Source: an uncultured Clostridia bacterium (GTDB taxonomy: Bacteria; Bacillota; Clostridia; TANB77; CAG-508). Taken from it: 64,000 nucleotides of DNA. The stretch is taken from contig CATJWN010000070.1 of the NCBI GenBank assembly GCA_949745595.1, positions 120,542 through 184,541 on the forward strand, in the 5' to 3' direction. Below are positions 20,998-30,368 of this stretch, piece by piece (the stretch's first letter is position 1; the number at the start of each line of letters is the position of its first letter). The notes under the pieces were generated by a model. The model did not search any database, was not told the DNA's origin, and worked only from the letters and a program-made list of their open reading frames with translations. The position numbers and the translations under genes were made by a program.

Positions 20998-22964
20998 ATG
21001 GGAAGAGTACTATTAAATATAAGCATTTTAAATAAAAATTATTGTATTTTTGAAAGTAAGAATGGAGCAAACCTAAATGCTAGTTTTTATGATAAAAAAA
21101 CTAAAGTGTTTGGGTTTGTTACTGACGAAAAAGAAATAATAATATTAAATGAAATAATACGTAAGTTAAATAGAAAATATGTCCGAAGAAGAGATGTAAT
21201 TTTTAATGACGAAAATTTCATAAGATATGTAAATAGGTATACAGGGATGAGCTATTTTGCAAAAATGGAAAATGGCTCTTCTCAGTCATGCTCATATTTA
21301 GAATATAAAGATTTATATAATGAATATAATGGTAAGCAAATATTATGTATGTCTAGAAGGCCAAACAAAAGAAGACCTAGCCCATATGACTATAATAGCA
21401 ATTATAGGAGTGGTTATGATAATTATAAAGATTTGTGGGACGAGCCTATTCCTAGAAAAAGGTATAAAGGTCATAGAGGAGATGGAATAGTAAAGAAAGT
21501 AGTTGTTGTGATTGCTGGAGCTGCAATCACCGTGCTCATAGCTTTTGGAGGATATAAGGTATTATCAGCAGGAAGTTTACCAGAACTTGAATCTGCAAAT
21601 ACAATTGTTACTGAAACAGGAGAGCCTGAAATTTCTTTAAAAGATTTTGATACAAAGGCAGACACAGATGCTCAAAAAGCTCTAAAGGAAAAGTATGACA
21701 GTATAGCAGAACAATTTGAAGTCGCTGGATTAGAGCCTTGGGAGATTGCATTACAACTCGATGTTATTTCTGTTTTTGAAGAAGATAAAGACAATATTAG
21801 TTTTTATTATGATAACGATAAAAATGAAGTAGTTTATATATATGAGGCAATTGAAAGAGCTAGGAGCGAAGAGCCTAAAGCTGATATGCAAGTATCTGCT
21901 GACATACAAAGAATTATTCAGGCGATAAATTCAAACCCAAAATTATCAGATAGCGAGAAAGCACACATTATTGATACTTATACTCCAATTTGGTGTAAAA
22001 ATGAACAGTATCTTAATATATATGAACTTATAAATAGGTATTCCATGTTAGAAACAGAATTTGAATATACAGAAGGCGGGAAAGTTTTGCAAGAGACTTT
22101 GGCATATAATCCTTATGAACATGCAGCAGGCACTTACACTCACAGAGGAATTTTAGCAAATGGAGAGGAAGATTTAGGTAATTGCTTTGAAAGTAAAATA
22201 ACAATTTATGATGCGGAGTCTTTTGAAGATACTATGAGAGATAATAGTAAAACTTCTACTTTTGACCATGAGAACAATCATGTAAATGGTGAGTTGAGCT
22301 ATTATTATGCAGGTTTGTTAAATGAAGGATATACTCAGTTATCACAAGCTAATAGCACAAATAGATATAAAACAGAAGCTGCTATGGCAATGATTTGTGT
22401 AGAAACTTTTGGAGACGAAGCTTTTAGAGAAGGTTTTTACGGTTTTGACTTGCAAACAGTTTTAACCAATAAAATTGCTGGTATAACTAAAAGAGATGCA
22501 ATTGAAGTAGATAGAGAAATATATGAACTTTTTGAAGATATTGAAACAGTTTTATATTCAGCTCGGAAAAGATGAAAATTTTAGACAAGATAGCAAGCTT
22601 ATGGAACAGTTTGAAGATATTTTTAGAAGATTAGGTACATATCATGAACTTATAACTGGTAGAGAAATGGAAGATAATCAAGCTGCAAATATCATAGAAG
22701 ATTATATAACAGGCACTAGAAGGTCTAGTTTATATGGTAAAGATAGTGATAATATAAAAGAATTTAGCCTTGATTACGATTTAGATAAAGGAGAACTTAC
22801 GGCACATATAGGAGTTGGACATGGAGAAATATCATATAGCACTTCGCCTTTTATAGTTGCAAAGGTAGGAGAGCGGAACTTTTAGAAGAGATATCGTTTT
22901 AACAGAAGTTAATAAATATGATAGAGAATATAAAATACAGGATAAAGATTTAGGATATAGATAA
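20998..22964 (+). CDS. hypothetical single-pass membrane protein (~655 aa). Requires +1 recoding at two CGG codons (22564-22566, 22874-22876).
   Basis: Three successive ORFs in frames 1, 2 and 0 join seamlessly when the C of each in-frame CGG is skipped (...LYSA-G-KDENFRQD... and ...KVGE-G-TFRRDIVLTE...). TM segment VVVVIAGAAITVLIAFGGY. Confidence 0.55.
22564..22566 (+). other. in-frame CGG +1 recoding site (gct CGG AAA)
   Basis: Junction of ORFs 20998-22575 and 22523-22885. Confidence 0.7.
22874..22876 (+). other. in-frame CGG +1 recoding site (gag CGG AAC)
   Basis: Junction of ORF 22523-22885 and its C-terminal extension to 22964. Confidence 0.65.
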
Positions 22965-22974
22965 AAAATAACCC

Positions 22975-23424
22975 TTATGGGTTATTTTTTAGTGCTCTTT
23001 TAATTTTCATTTCAGCGTCTTTTTTTGCTAAGTCTTCACGCTTATCATAAAGCTTTTTACCTTTTCCAATACCAATTTCAAGTTTTACTTTATTTCCTTT
23101 AAAATAAATTGATATAGGAACAAGTGAGATTGCTTTTTGCATAACTTGACCTGTGAGTTTATCTATTTCTCTACGATTAAGTAGAAGTTTTCTGTTTCTA
23201 ACAGGATCCACATTGAAGCGATTTCCCATTTCATAAGGGCTAATGTGCATACCATAAACAAAAACTTCACCATTTTTAATACTAACATAAGTATCTTTAA
23301 TATTTACTTTCCCATTTCTAATAGATTTTATTTCAGTGCCAGTAAGGATGATACCAGCTTCAATCTTATCTTTTATATCATAATTGTGATAAGCAGTAGG
23401 ATTTTTTGCAATTAATTTATCCAT
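22975..23424 (-). CDS. smpB: SsrA-binding protein
   Basis: 149 aa; conserved SmpB sequence with the basic C-terminal tail. Confidence 0.9.
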   Translation of the reverse strand: MDKLIAKNPTAYHNYDIKDKIEAGIILTGTEIKSIRNGKVNIKDTYVSIKNGEVFVYGMHISPYEMGNRFNVDPVRNRKLLLNRREIDKLTGQVMQKAISLVPISIYFKGNKVKLEIGIGKGKKLYDKREDLAKKDAEMKIKRALKNNP

Positions 23425-23539
23425 AATTATATCCTTTCATTTGAACTATTCATATTATAATATAAAACAAAAATAAATTCAATTTTTGTTCACATAATTT
23501 GAAAGTCAAAAATATTATATTATAAAGGAGGAAATAATA

Positions 23540-23694
23540 TGCTATGTATTAGACGAAAAAGAATTTTATCAGGTTGTATGATGGGATTGGGGCTAGGGAT
23601 AATTTTAGTGTTATTTCTTCCTTTTACGGCGTGGCTTTGTATAATAGGTATAGGACTTATTATAGGCGGAATAGGTTATTTGTGTGAAAAATAA
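23540..23694 (+). CDS. small hydrophobic protein
   Basis: 51 aa with two TM segments; RBS AAGGAGG. Confidence 0.3.
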
Positions 23695-23844
23695 AAGGAG
23701 GGGTGTATATGACTATAGTTGTAAAAAAAGTTCCAAAGGCCTTGAGAGGAATAGTAAAATTTTTATTTGGTGTAAAAGACAATACATAAAAATAAAATGA
23801 AAAATGGGTTAATCACTTAAGATTAACCCGCTTTTTTATTATTA

Positions 23845-24045
23845 TTAGTTAGCTCTTTGTACTTTTCCAGAACGTAAGCATTTAGCACAAACTGTTATTC
23901 TTTTAGGTTCTCCATTAATAATTGCTTTAACAGTTCTTAAATTAGGTTTTACTGTTCTAGTTGTTCTTTTACTAATATGTGAACGTGTAATACTTAGTTG
24001 TTTTCCAAAGCTTGTTTCTTTATCACAAAATGCGCATTTTGCCAT
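23845..24045 (-). CDS. rpmB: 50S ribosomal protein L28
   Basis: 66 aa, MAKCAFCDKETSFGKQLSITRSH...; downstream stem-loop GGGTTAATC/GATTAACCC at 23804-23830. Confidence 0.85.
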   Translation of the reverse strand: MAKCAFCDKETSFGKQLSITRSHISKRTTRTVKPNLRTVKAIINGEPKRITVCAKCLRSGKVQRAN

Positions 24046-24220
24046 CTTTAAGCACCTCCATTTATTATAATAAACTGACTATTTATTAGTTTACCATAGT
24101 TACCAAAAAAATGCAAGTTTTTTTGAAAAAATCTTTGATTAGAATTTTTTATAACATATTGAAAAGAATATATATAAATGATATGATACATCTTGAAATA
24201 AGATTAAAGGGGGAACTTTT

Positions 24221-25168
24221 ATGAAAAAAGTTTTAGGAACAATTTTAGCTATGATTTTAATTGTGGCTATATGTATAGGCGCATATATGTATGTAATTAG
24301 TATTCAAAACAAGCAAGATAAAGTGGAAGAAGGATTAAACGCTAAAATTGGAACAGAAGCTTTATTTACTTTAGAAGATTATCCAAAAGTTGATGCATCT
24401 CTTGCGACACAACCGCTTACAGATGCTTTTATAGAGAATTTTATAGGCACACTCCCTAGTGAAGCAGAGCTTGATTATACAAATACACATCCGGGATATG
24501 TAAGACTTATAAATGACGAAGTAGATTTATTAGTAGTGACAGAACCAAGTGAAGAAGAACTAAAATTAGCAGAAGAGAAAGATGTTGAACTTGAAGTTAT
24601 TCCAGTTGTGAAAGAAGGCTTCGTTTTTTATGTAAATGCTCAAAATCCAGTTAAGAGTTTGAGCTTAGAACAAGTACAGGATATATATACTGGAGATATT
24701 ACAAATTGGAAAGAAGTCGGTGGAAACGATAGTAAAATAAAGGCATATCAGAGACCAGAAAACTCTGGAAGTCAAACAGGAATGTATTCTCTTGTTATGA
24801 AAAATAAAAAGATAATGGAAGCACCAAAAGAAGACTTAATTGAAACAATGTTTGAAATTGTAAATTTAGTTTCTAATTATGATAATGGTGTAGACTCAAT
24901 AGGATATTCATATTATTATTATGCAACAACAATGTTTGAAGATATGAATAAGGATATTACAAACAGAATTAGACTTTTAGAAATTGATGGAATAGAGCCA
25001 AATAATGAAACAATTAAAAATGATACTTATCCATTGCAAACAGCATATTACATTGTAATTAGAAAAGATGAACCCAAAGATAGCAATACTAGAAAATTGG
25101 TAGATGCAATGTTATCAACTAGAGGGCAGGCAGTAGCAAAGGAGGCTGGTTATGTCCCAGTTAAGTAG
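24221..25168 (+). CDS. membrane-anchored substrate-binding protein (PBP superfamily, PstS-like)
   Basis: N-terminal anchor followed by a periplasmic-binding-protein-like domain. Confidence 0.45.
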   Translation: MKKVLGTILAMILIVAICIGAYMYVISIQNKQDKVEEGLNAKIGTEALFTLEDYPKVDASLATQPLTDAFIENFIGTLPSEAELDYTNTHPGYVRLINDEVDLLVVTEPSEEELKLAEEKDVELEVIPVVKEGFVFYVNAQNPVKSLSLEQVQDIYTGDITNWKEVGGNDSKIKAYQRPENSGSQTGMYSLVMKNKKIMEAPKEDLIETMFEIVNLVSNYDNGVDSIGYSYYYYATTMFEDMNKDITNRIRLLEIDGIEPNNETIKNDTYPLQTAYYIVIRKDEPKDSNTRKLVDAMLSTRGQAVAKEAGYVPVK

Positions 25169-26639
25169 TGGAGGTCGAAAGACTAGAATCAAGACTAAAA
25201 AAATAAATAAAACACTTTGGTTCTTGGTAATTTTTGCGATACTATGTGTGATAGCAACCATAATTTGTATATTTACTACTTTAAATTCTAGAAAAAATGG
25301 AGAAACGAGCCTTCTGGAGAGTTTGACAAATAAGGTTGAATCAGCAGAAAAGATGTCTCTTGGAGATAAAGCTTGGACTAATGGATTAGAAATAGAAAAT
25401 ATAGAACTTAAAGAAGAGCCGATAATTGATCCTAATATGATTATTATGGAATCAGAGCCAGATTATAAGTATGAGATAAATTATGAAAAAATTTCTGGTT
25501 TAAGGAACAAAGAAATTCAAGATAAAATTAATAATGAAATCGAAGAATATGTACTTTCATTAAAAACTAAACTAGATGAGCATTCTGAATGTGACCAAAT
25601 ATACATTACTGCTTCAGTAGTAGGTAATTTTTCTGATGTATTATCTGTAAACATATATTATTCTTTATTAGATAATGAAGATAGGAGTGGAGATAATAAT
25701 GTTTATGTAAATACTGGTTTGAATTATAGATTAGACACTGGGGAAAAGCTAAAATTTGAAGATTTATTTAGAAAAGATGCTAGTATCAAACAGGTTTTAT
25801 CAAGTGCTCTATATAAGGCTTTCGCATGGCAACATGCATATAGTGAAGATGTGGATATGACTAATAACTTTAATAAAACAGATTATGGATATATAGAGAA
25901 TCAAACTTTTAAAGCGTTAGCAGAGTACAATAAGAACCCTGATATTGACTTCTATTTTTATCCTAATATGATTTATGGAATAATTAGAGACTTTCAGTTT
26001 CCAATTGATATGAGTAAATTTAGTAATAGCATAGCAATTTATACTAAATATGTATCAGATGACAAATTATATGAGAGTTCAAGCTTGAAAAAGGAATTTT
26101 ATGCTTTTACAGATATGTATCTAATAGATGCTTTTGAAGCAGAAGGTTTAAAAGGTGATAATTTTTATTATGAAATTATAAGATATCCTGAAAATGAAGA
26201 AGGCGTGAATGCTGAAGTCAAAGCAGTAGCTCAGGCTAAAGTAGATGAAAGGCTAGCTCACTATTTTGAAATTGCAAAACAAAATCCTGATAAAGCATAT
26301 ATGGTATCTGTGATGTATTATTGCGATAGTAAGAATTCAAGTAGTCAAGGATATCAATATAATGGGTATGTTGCTGAGTTAGATTTAGATTATTTTAGAA
26401 AGAGCATGTCGGAAATAGTTGCAAAAAGTAGGCTACAAGGAAGAGGCGATATAGGCTCTTATGACTATTCTATGTTAGACGAAGACATTGAATTTTATGA
26501 AGAATTTTCAGCTTATGTAGACGATTATATGAAGGAAGAAATTGAGGAAAACATTACAACAAAAGAGCAAAGAAAACAAGAAGAATTAGAATGGGAAGAA
26601 GAAAGAAGAAGATGGGCAGAGGAATATGGCGAGGAATAA
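25152..26639 (+). CDS. hypothetical membrane-anchored protein
   Basis: 495 aa; N-terminal TM segment; Tyr/Asp-rich ectodomain; acidic C-terminal coil. Confidence 0.45.
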   Translation: MSQLSSGGRKTRIKTKKINKTLWFLVIFAILCVIATIICIFTTLNSRKNGETSLLESLTNKVESAEKMSLGDKAWTNGLEIENIELKEEPIIDPNMIIMESEPDYKYEINYEKISGLRNKEIQDKINNEIEEYVLSLKTKLDEHSECDQIYITASVVGNFSDVLSVNIYYSLLDNEDRSGDNNVYVNTGLNYRLDTGEKLKFEDLFRKDASIKQVLSSALYKAFAWQHAYSEDVDMTNNFNKTDYGYIENQTFKALAEYNKNPDIDFYFYPNMIYGIIRDFQFPIDMSKFSNSIAIYTKYVSDDKLYESSSLKKEFYAFTDMYLIDAFEAEGLKGDNFYYEIIRYPENEEGVNAEVKAVAQAKVDERLAHYFEIAKQNPDKAYMVSVMYYCDSKNSSSQGYQYNGYVAELDLDYFRKSMSEIVAKSRLQGRGDIGSYDYSMLDEDIEFYEEFSAYVDDYMKEEIEENITTKEQRKQEELEWEEERRRWAEEYGEE

Positions 26640-26650
26640 AGCCCAAAATC

Positions 26651-26678
26651 TTGACTTTTCGGTAAAAAGTGGTATAAT
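26651..26678 (+). promoter_or_regulatory. sigma-A type promoter (TTGACT, 16 nt spacer, TGgTATAAT)
   Basis: TTGACT at 26651-26656 and an extended -10 TGGTATAAT at 26670-26678, upstream of the CDS at 26716. Confidence 0.5.
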
Positions 26679-26715
26679 ATATAGTGATTGATTGCTTTTA
26701 TGAAGGGAGAAAAAT

Positions 26716-27120
26716 ATGCTAGCAAAAATTTGGAAAAAATTGTTATTAGCAATATGTATAATCGCTTGTTTATTTAATATAACTTATAAATTAGTTAATA
26801 GAGTTTCACTTGAAAAAGTTATTTCTGGACAGCCTGAAGGTGTAAATGTAAGAAATCTATTAAATATTACAGAAGATTCGAAAGTAGTTATGGATAAATC
26901 AAGTTATTATAATAATGTTACAAATACTACAGTAACTAATAATACTGAAAATAGCGAGCAAGTAAATCCAGAAGAAGAGCAACAAGTAGAAAATTCTGAG
27001 GAAAATGTTGAACAAAATCCTGAAGATAATCCTGAGGAAACACAAGAGCCAGAAGAGAACAAGTCTATGACAGTAACAGATTTTATAGATAGAGTTATTG
27101 ACGGTTCTTTTAAGAATTAA
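26716..27120 (+). CDS. hypothetical secreted protein, acidic C-terminus
   Basis: Signal/anchor at the N-terminus; E/N-rich low-complexity tail. Confidence 0.4.
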   Translation: MLAKIWKKLLLAICIIACLFNITYKLVNRVSLEKVISGQPEGVNVRNLLNITEDSKVVMDKSSYYNNVTNTTVTNNTENSEQVNPEEEQQVENSEENVEQNPEDNPEETQEPEENKSMTVTDFIDRVIDGSFKN

Positions 27121-27211
27121 TGAAAATTAGAAATAAGTACTTGCATTATAATTTTAATTATGTTATGATATATAAGATTGTTTAGATAAGTAAGAAAGAG
27201 GTGAAGTTACA

Positions 27212-27412
27212 ATGAGAGAAGGTATACATCCAAATTACGCAGCATCAAAAATAATTTGTGCTTGTGGTAATGTTATAGAAACAAACTCTACAAAACCTGA
27301 AATGAAAGTTGATGTTTGTTCAAAATGTCATCCATTCTGGACAGGAAGCTTAAAACAAAATACTACAGGTGGTAGAGCAGATAGATTTAAGAAAAAATAT
27401 GGTATTGCTTAA
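27212..27412 (+). CDS. rpmE: 50S ribosomal protein L31
   Basis: MREGIHPNY... with the CxxC...CxxCH zinc ribbon. Confidence 0.9.
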   Translation: MREGIHPNYAASKIICACGNVIETNSTKPEMKVDVCSKCHPFWTGSLKQNTTGGRADRFKKKYGIA

Positions 27413-27423
27413 TAATACAAAAA

Positions 27424-27452
27424 TTGGACTGGAATTAACCAGTTCTTTTTTT
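27424..27452 (+). terminator. rho-independent terminator after rpmE
   Basis: CTGGAATTAACCAG hairpin followed by a T8 run. Confidence 0.6.
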
Positions 27453-27523
27453 TGACTTATTATTATAAAACTTGTTTCTTTTAGGATTTTGTGATATAAA
27501 TTGTGAGAGGAGTATTTTAAATT

Positions 27524-28132
27524 ATGAGAAAGATAATAATGTTTGGTGGAGCATTTAATCCGCCACTTAACTCACATTTTTTATTAGCACAGCAAATAGT
27601 AAACGAAATAGAAGATGTAGATAAGATAATTTTTATTCCTGTTAATATTAATTATGAAAAAAAAGAAGCGGTTATAGCTAGTGAACATAGATATAATATG
27701 TTAAAACTTGTATGCGATAAAAATGAAAAGTTTGAAGTTTCACGTATAGAGATTGATAGTAATAGACCATTATATACAATAGAAACATTAGATATTTTGC
27801 AAAAGAAGTATCCAGAGCATCAGATTTTATTTGCAACTGGTACTGATAATTTAAAGGAATTTGATACTTGGGAAGGTGCAGACAAAATAACTGCGAAATA
27901 CAAGGTTTTAGTTTTAAGTAGAGATAATGATAATATAGAAGAAATAATTACGTCAAATGCCTTTTTAAAAGCAAATAAAGATACTTTTATAAGCTTAAAA
28001 GGTAACACTAGAACAAACCTTAGCTCAACTTTTGTAAGAGAAAAGATAAGGGCTGGAAAAAGTGTTAGATATTTAATGCCAGACGAGATTTATGAATATA
28101 TAAAAGAAAATAAGTTATATGAGGTAAAATAG
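27524..28132 (+). CDS. nadD: nicotinate-nucleotide adenylyltransferase
   Basis: GGAFNPPLNSHFLLAQQ (HxGH). 202 aa. Confidence 0.8.
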   Translation: MRKIIMFGGAFNPPLNSHFLLAQQIVNEIEDVDKIIFIPVNINYEKKEAVIASEHRYNMLKLVCDKNEKFEVSRIEIDSNRPLYTIETLDILQKKYPEHQILFATGTDNLKEFDTWEGADKITAKYKVLVLSRDNDNIEEIITSNAFLKANKDTFISLKGNTRTNLSSTFVREKIRAGKSVRYLMPDEIYEYIKENKLYEVK

Positions 28133-28897
28133 ATGTTGAGTGAAGAAAACTTAAAAAAAGAAATGAATAATGCTATAGATTGGATTTCAGAATATGTAAA
28201 AAAATCCGGCGTAGAAGGTGTAGTATTAGGCTTAAGTGGAGGCAAAGACTCTGCAGTGGTGCTTGCAATGGCAGTAAAAGCTTTGGGAAAAGAAAGAGTA
28301 GTAGCTGTTTCGATGCCTTGTAATTCTATAGCATCTGATTTTAATGATGCAAAAGAATGTGCAGATAGGTTTGGAGTAAAATTCCTTACAGTAGATTTAA
28401 GTAGCACATATGCAGAGTTTGGAAAAGAAGTTTCAAAAGTACAACAATTATCAAGTGAAGCTGGTATAAATGTTAAGCCAAGACTTAGAATGACAACACT
28501 ATACAGTATAGCGCAAAGTTTAGGATATTTAGTTATAGGCACTGGAAATTTGTGTGAAGCGATGGTGGGATACACTACAAAATGGGGAGACAGTGCTTCT
28601 GATTTCAATCCTATTGCCAACTTTACAGTTGACGAAGTATTAAAAATGGGAGAATATTTAGGAGTACCAGATACTATAATAAAAAAAGCGCCAAATGATG
28701 GACTAGGTGGAAAAACTGACGAAGAAAAAATGGGTATTAAATATTCTCAAATTGCTGAAATGATTGAAAAAGGTAATATAGAAGATAAGACAGCAAAAGA
28801 AAATATTTTAAAGAGATTCAATAGCTCAAAACATAAACGAACTGGAGTTCCAACTTATAAATTTGATAGAAATAATTATTTATTAGAAAATAATTAA
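28133..28897 (+). CDS. nadE: NH3-dependent NAD+ synthetase
   Basis: PP-loop SGGKDSAV. Confidence 0.85.
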   Translation: MLSEENLKKEMNNAIDWISEYVKKSGVEGVVLGLSGGKDSAVVLAMAVKALGKERVVAVSMPCNSIASDFNDAKECADRFGVKFLTVDLSSTYAEFGKEVSKVQQLSSEAGINVKPRLRMTTLYSIAQSLGYLVIGTGNLCEAMVGYTTKWGDSASDFNPIANFTVDEVLKMGEYLGVPDTIIKKAPNDGLGGKTDEEKMGIKYSQIAEMIEKGNIEDKTAKENILKRFNSSKHKRTGVPTYKFDRNNYLLENN

Positions 28898-28910
28898 TGG
28901 AGGACATATA

Positions 28911-30335
28911 ATGAATAGAGAAAAATTAGAATTGGTAACAGACCTTTATGAATTTTCAATGTCAAATGGGTACTTTGAATTAAACAGAGACGAAATAGCA
29001 TATTTTGATATATTCTTTAGGAAAGTTCCAGATAAAGGTGGATACGCAATTGTTGCAGGTTTAGAGCAGATAATAGATTATGTAGAGAACTTAAGCTTTG
29101 ACGAAGAGGATATAAATTATTTAAAAAGTTTAAATATATTCTCAGATAAATACTTAGAGTATTTATCAAATTTCAAATTTACAGGTGATATATGGGCTAT
29201 TCCAGAAGGAACAGTAGTATTTCCAAGAGAGCCTTTAATTACTGTAAGAGCTAATATTGTTGAAGCACAAATTTTGGAAACAGCAATGCTTTTATTACTT
29301 AATCATCAAAGTTTGATTGCTACAAAGACAAGTAGAATAGTGAGAGCTGCAAATGGAAGATCAATTATGGAATTCGGAGCAAGGCGTGCACATGGAGTAT
29401 CCGCAGCTGTTTATGGAGCAAGAGCATCTATTATAGGAGGAGCAGTTGGAACTTCTTGTGTGCTTACAGCACAGAGATTTGAAGTACCAGCAAGTGGCAC
29501 AATGGCACATAGTTGGGTGCAAAGTTTTCCAAGTGAGTATGAGGCATTTAAAGCATATGCTGATATGTACCCTAATAATTGCTTGCTTTTAGTTGACACA
29601 TATAATACCCTAGAAAGCGGAATAAAAAATGCTATAAAAGTATTTGATGAAGTATTAAAACCAAAGGGAATATGTCCACTTGGTATAAGATTAGATAGTG
29701 GAGATTTAGCGTATTTATCAAAGAAAGTACGTACTATGCTAGATGAGGCAGGATATAGTGATGCTAAAATATGTGTAAGTAATTCACTTGATGAGCACTT
29801 AATTACTTCACTTTTGGAGCAAGACGCGAAAATTGATAGCTTTGGTGTTGGAGAAAATTTAATAACAGCTAAAAGTGATGCTGTTTTTGGAGGAGTATAT
29901 AAATTAGTAGCAGTTGAAAAAGATGGTAAGTTAACTCCTAAAATAAAGATAAGCGAAAATGTAGAGAAAATTACTAACCCAAGCTTTAAAAAAGTTTATA
30001 GATTTTATAGCAAAGAAACTAATTTTGCAATTGCTGATGTTATCACTCTTGCAGACGAAGTAGTTTCCGAAGATGGTTATGAACTATTTGACGAGCACAA
30101 TACTTGGAAGAAGAAGCATATTTCAAATTATTATGTAAAAGAATTACAAGAAAAGATATTTGAAAACGGAAAATTAATATATAAGTCACCAAACTTAAAA
30201 GAAATTGCAAAATATTCAAAAGAGCAATTAAATACGATTTGGGATGAGGTAAAACGTTTAAGAAATCCACAAAGGTATTATGTAGATATTTCACAAAAAC
30301 TATATGATTTGAAAAATGAAATGTTAAATAACTAA
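28911..30335 (+). CDS. pncB: nicotinate phosphoribosyltransferase
   Basis: 474 aa; NAPRTase family; forms an operon with nadD and nadE. Confidence 0.85.
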   Translation: MNREKLELVTDLYEFSMSNGYFELNRDEIAYFDIFFRKVPDKGGYAIVAGLEQIIDYVENLSFDEEDINYLKSLNIFSDKYLEYLSNFKFTGDIWAIPEGTVVFPREPLITVRANIVEAQILETAMLLLLNHQSLIATKTSRIVRAANGRSIMEFGARRAHGVSAAVYGARASIIGGAVGTSCVLTAQRFEVPASGTMAHSWVQSFPSEYEAFKAYADMYPNNCLLLVDTYNTLESGIKNAIKVFDEVLKPKGICPLGIRLDSGDLAYLSKKVRTMLDEAGYSDAKICVSNSLDEHLITSLLEQDAKIDSFGVGENLITAKSDAVFGGVYKLVAVEKDGKLTPKIKISENVEKITNPSFKKVYRFYSKETNFAIADVITLADEVVSEDGYELFDEHNTWKKKHISNYYVKELQEKIFENGKLIYKSPNLKEIAKYSKEQLNTIWDEVKRLRNPQRYYVDISQKLYDLKNEMLNN

Positions 30336-30368
30336 AGCAAAATAAATCAAATATTTTAAAAGGTAAAA

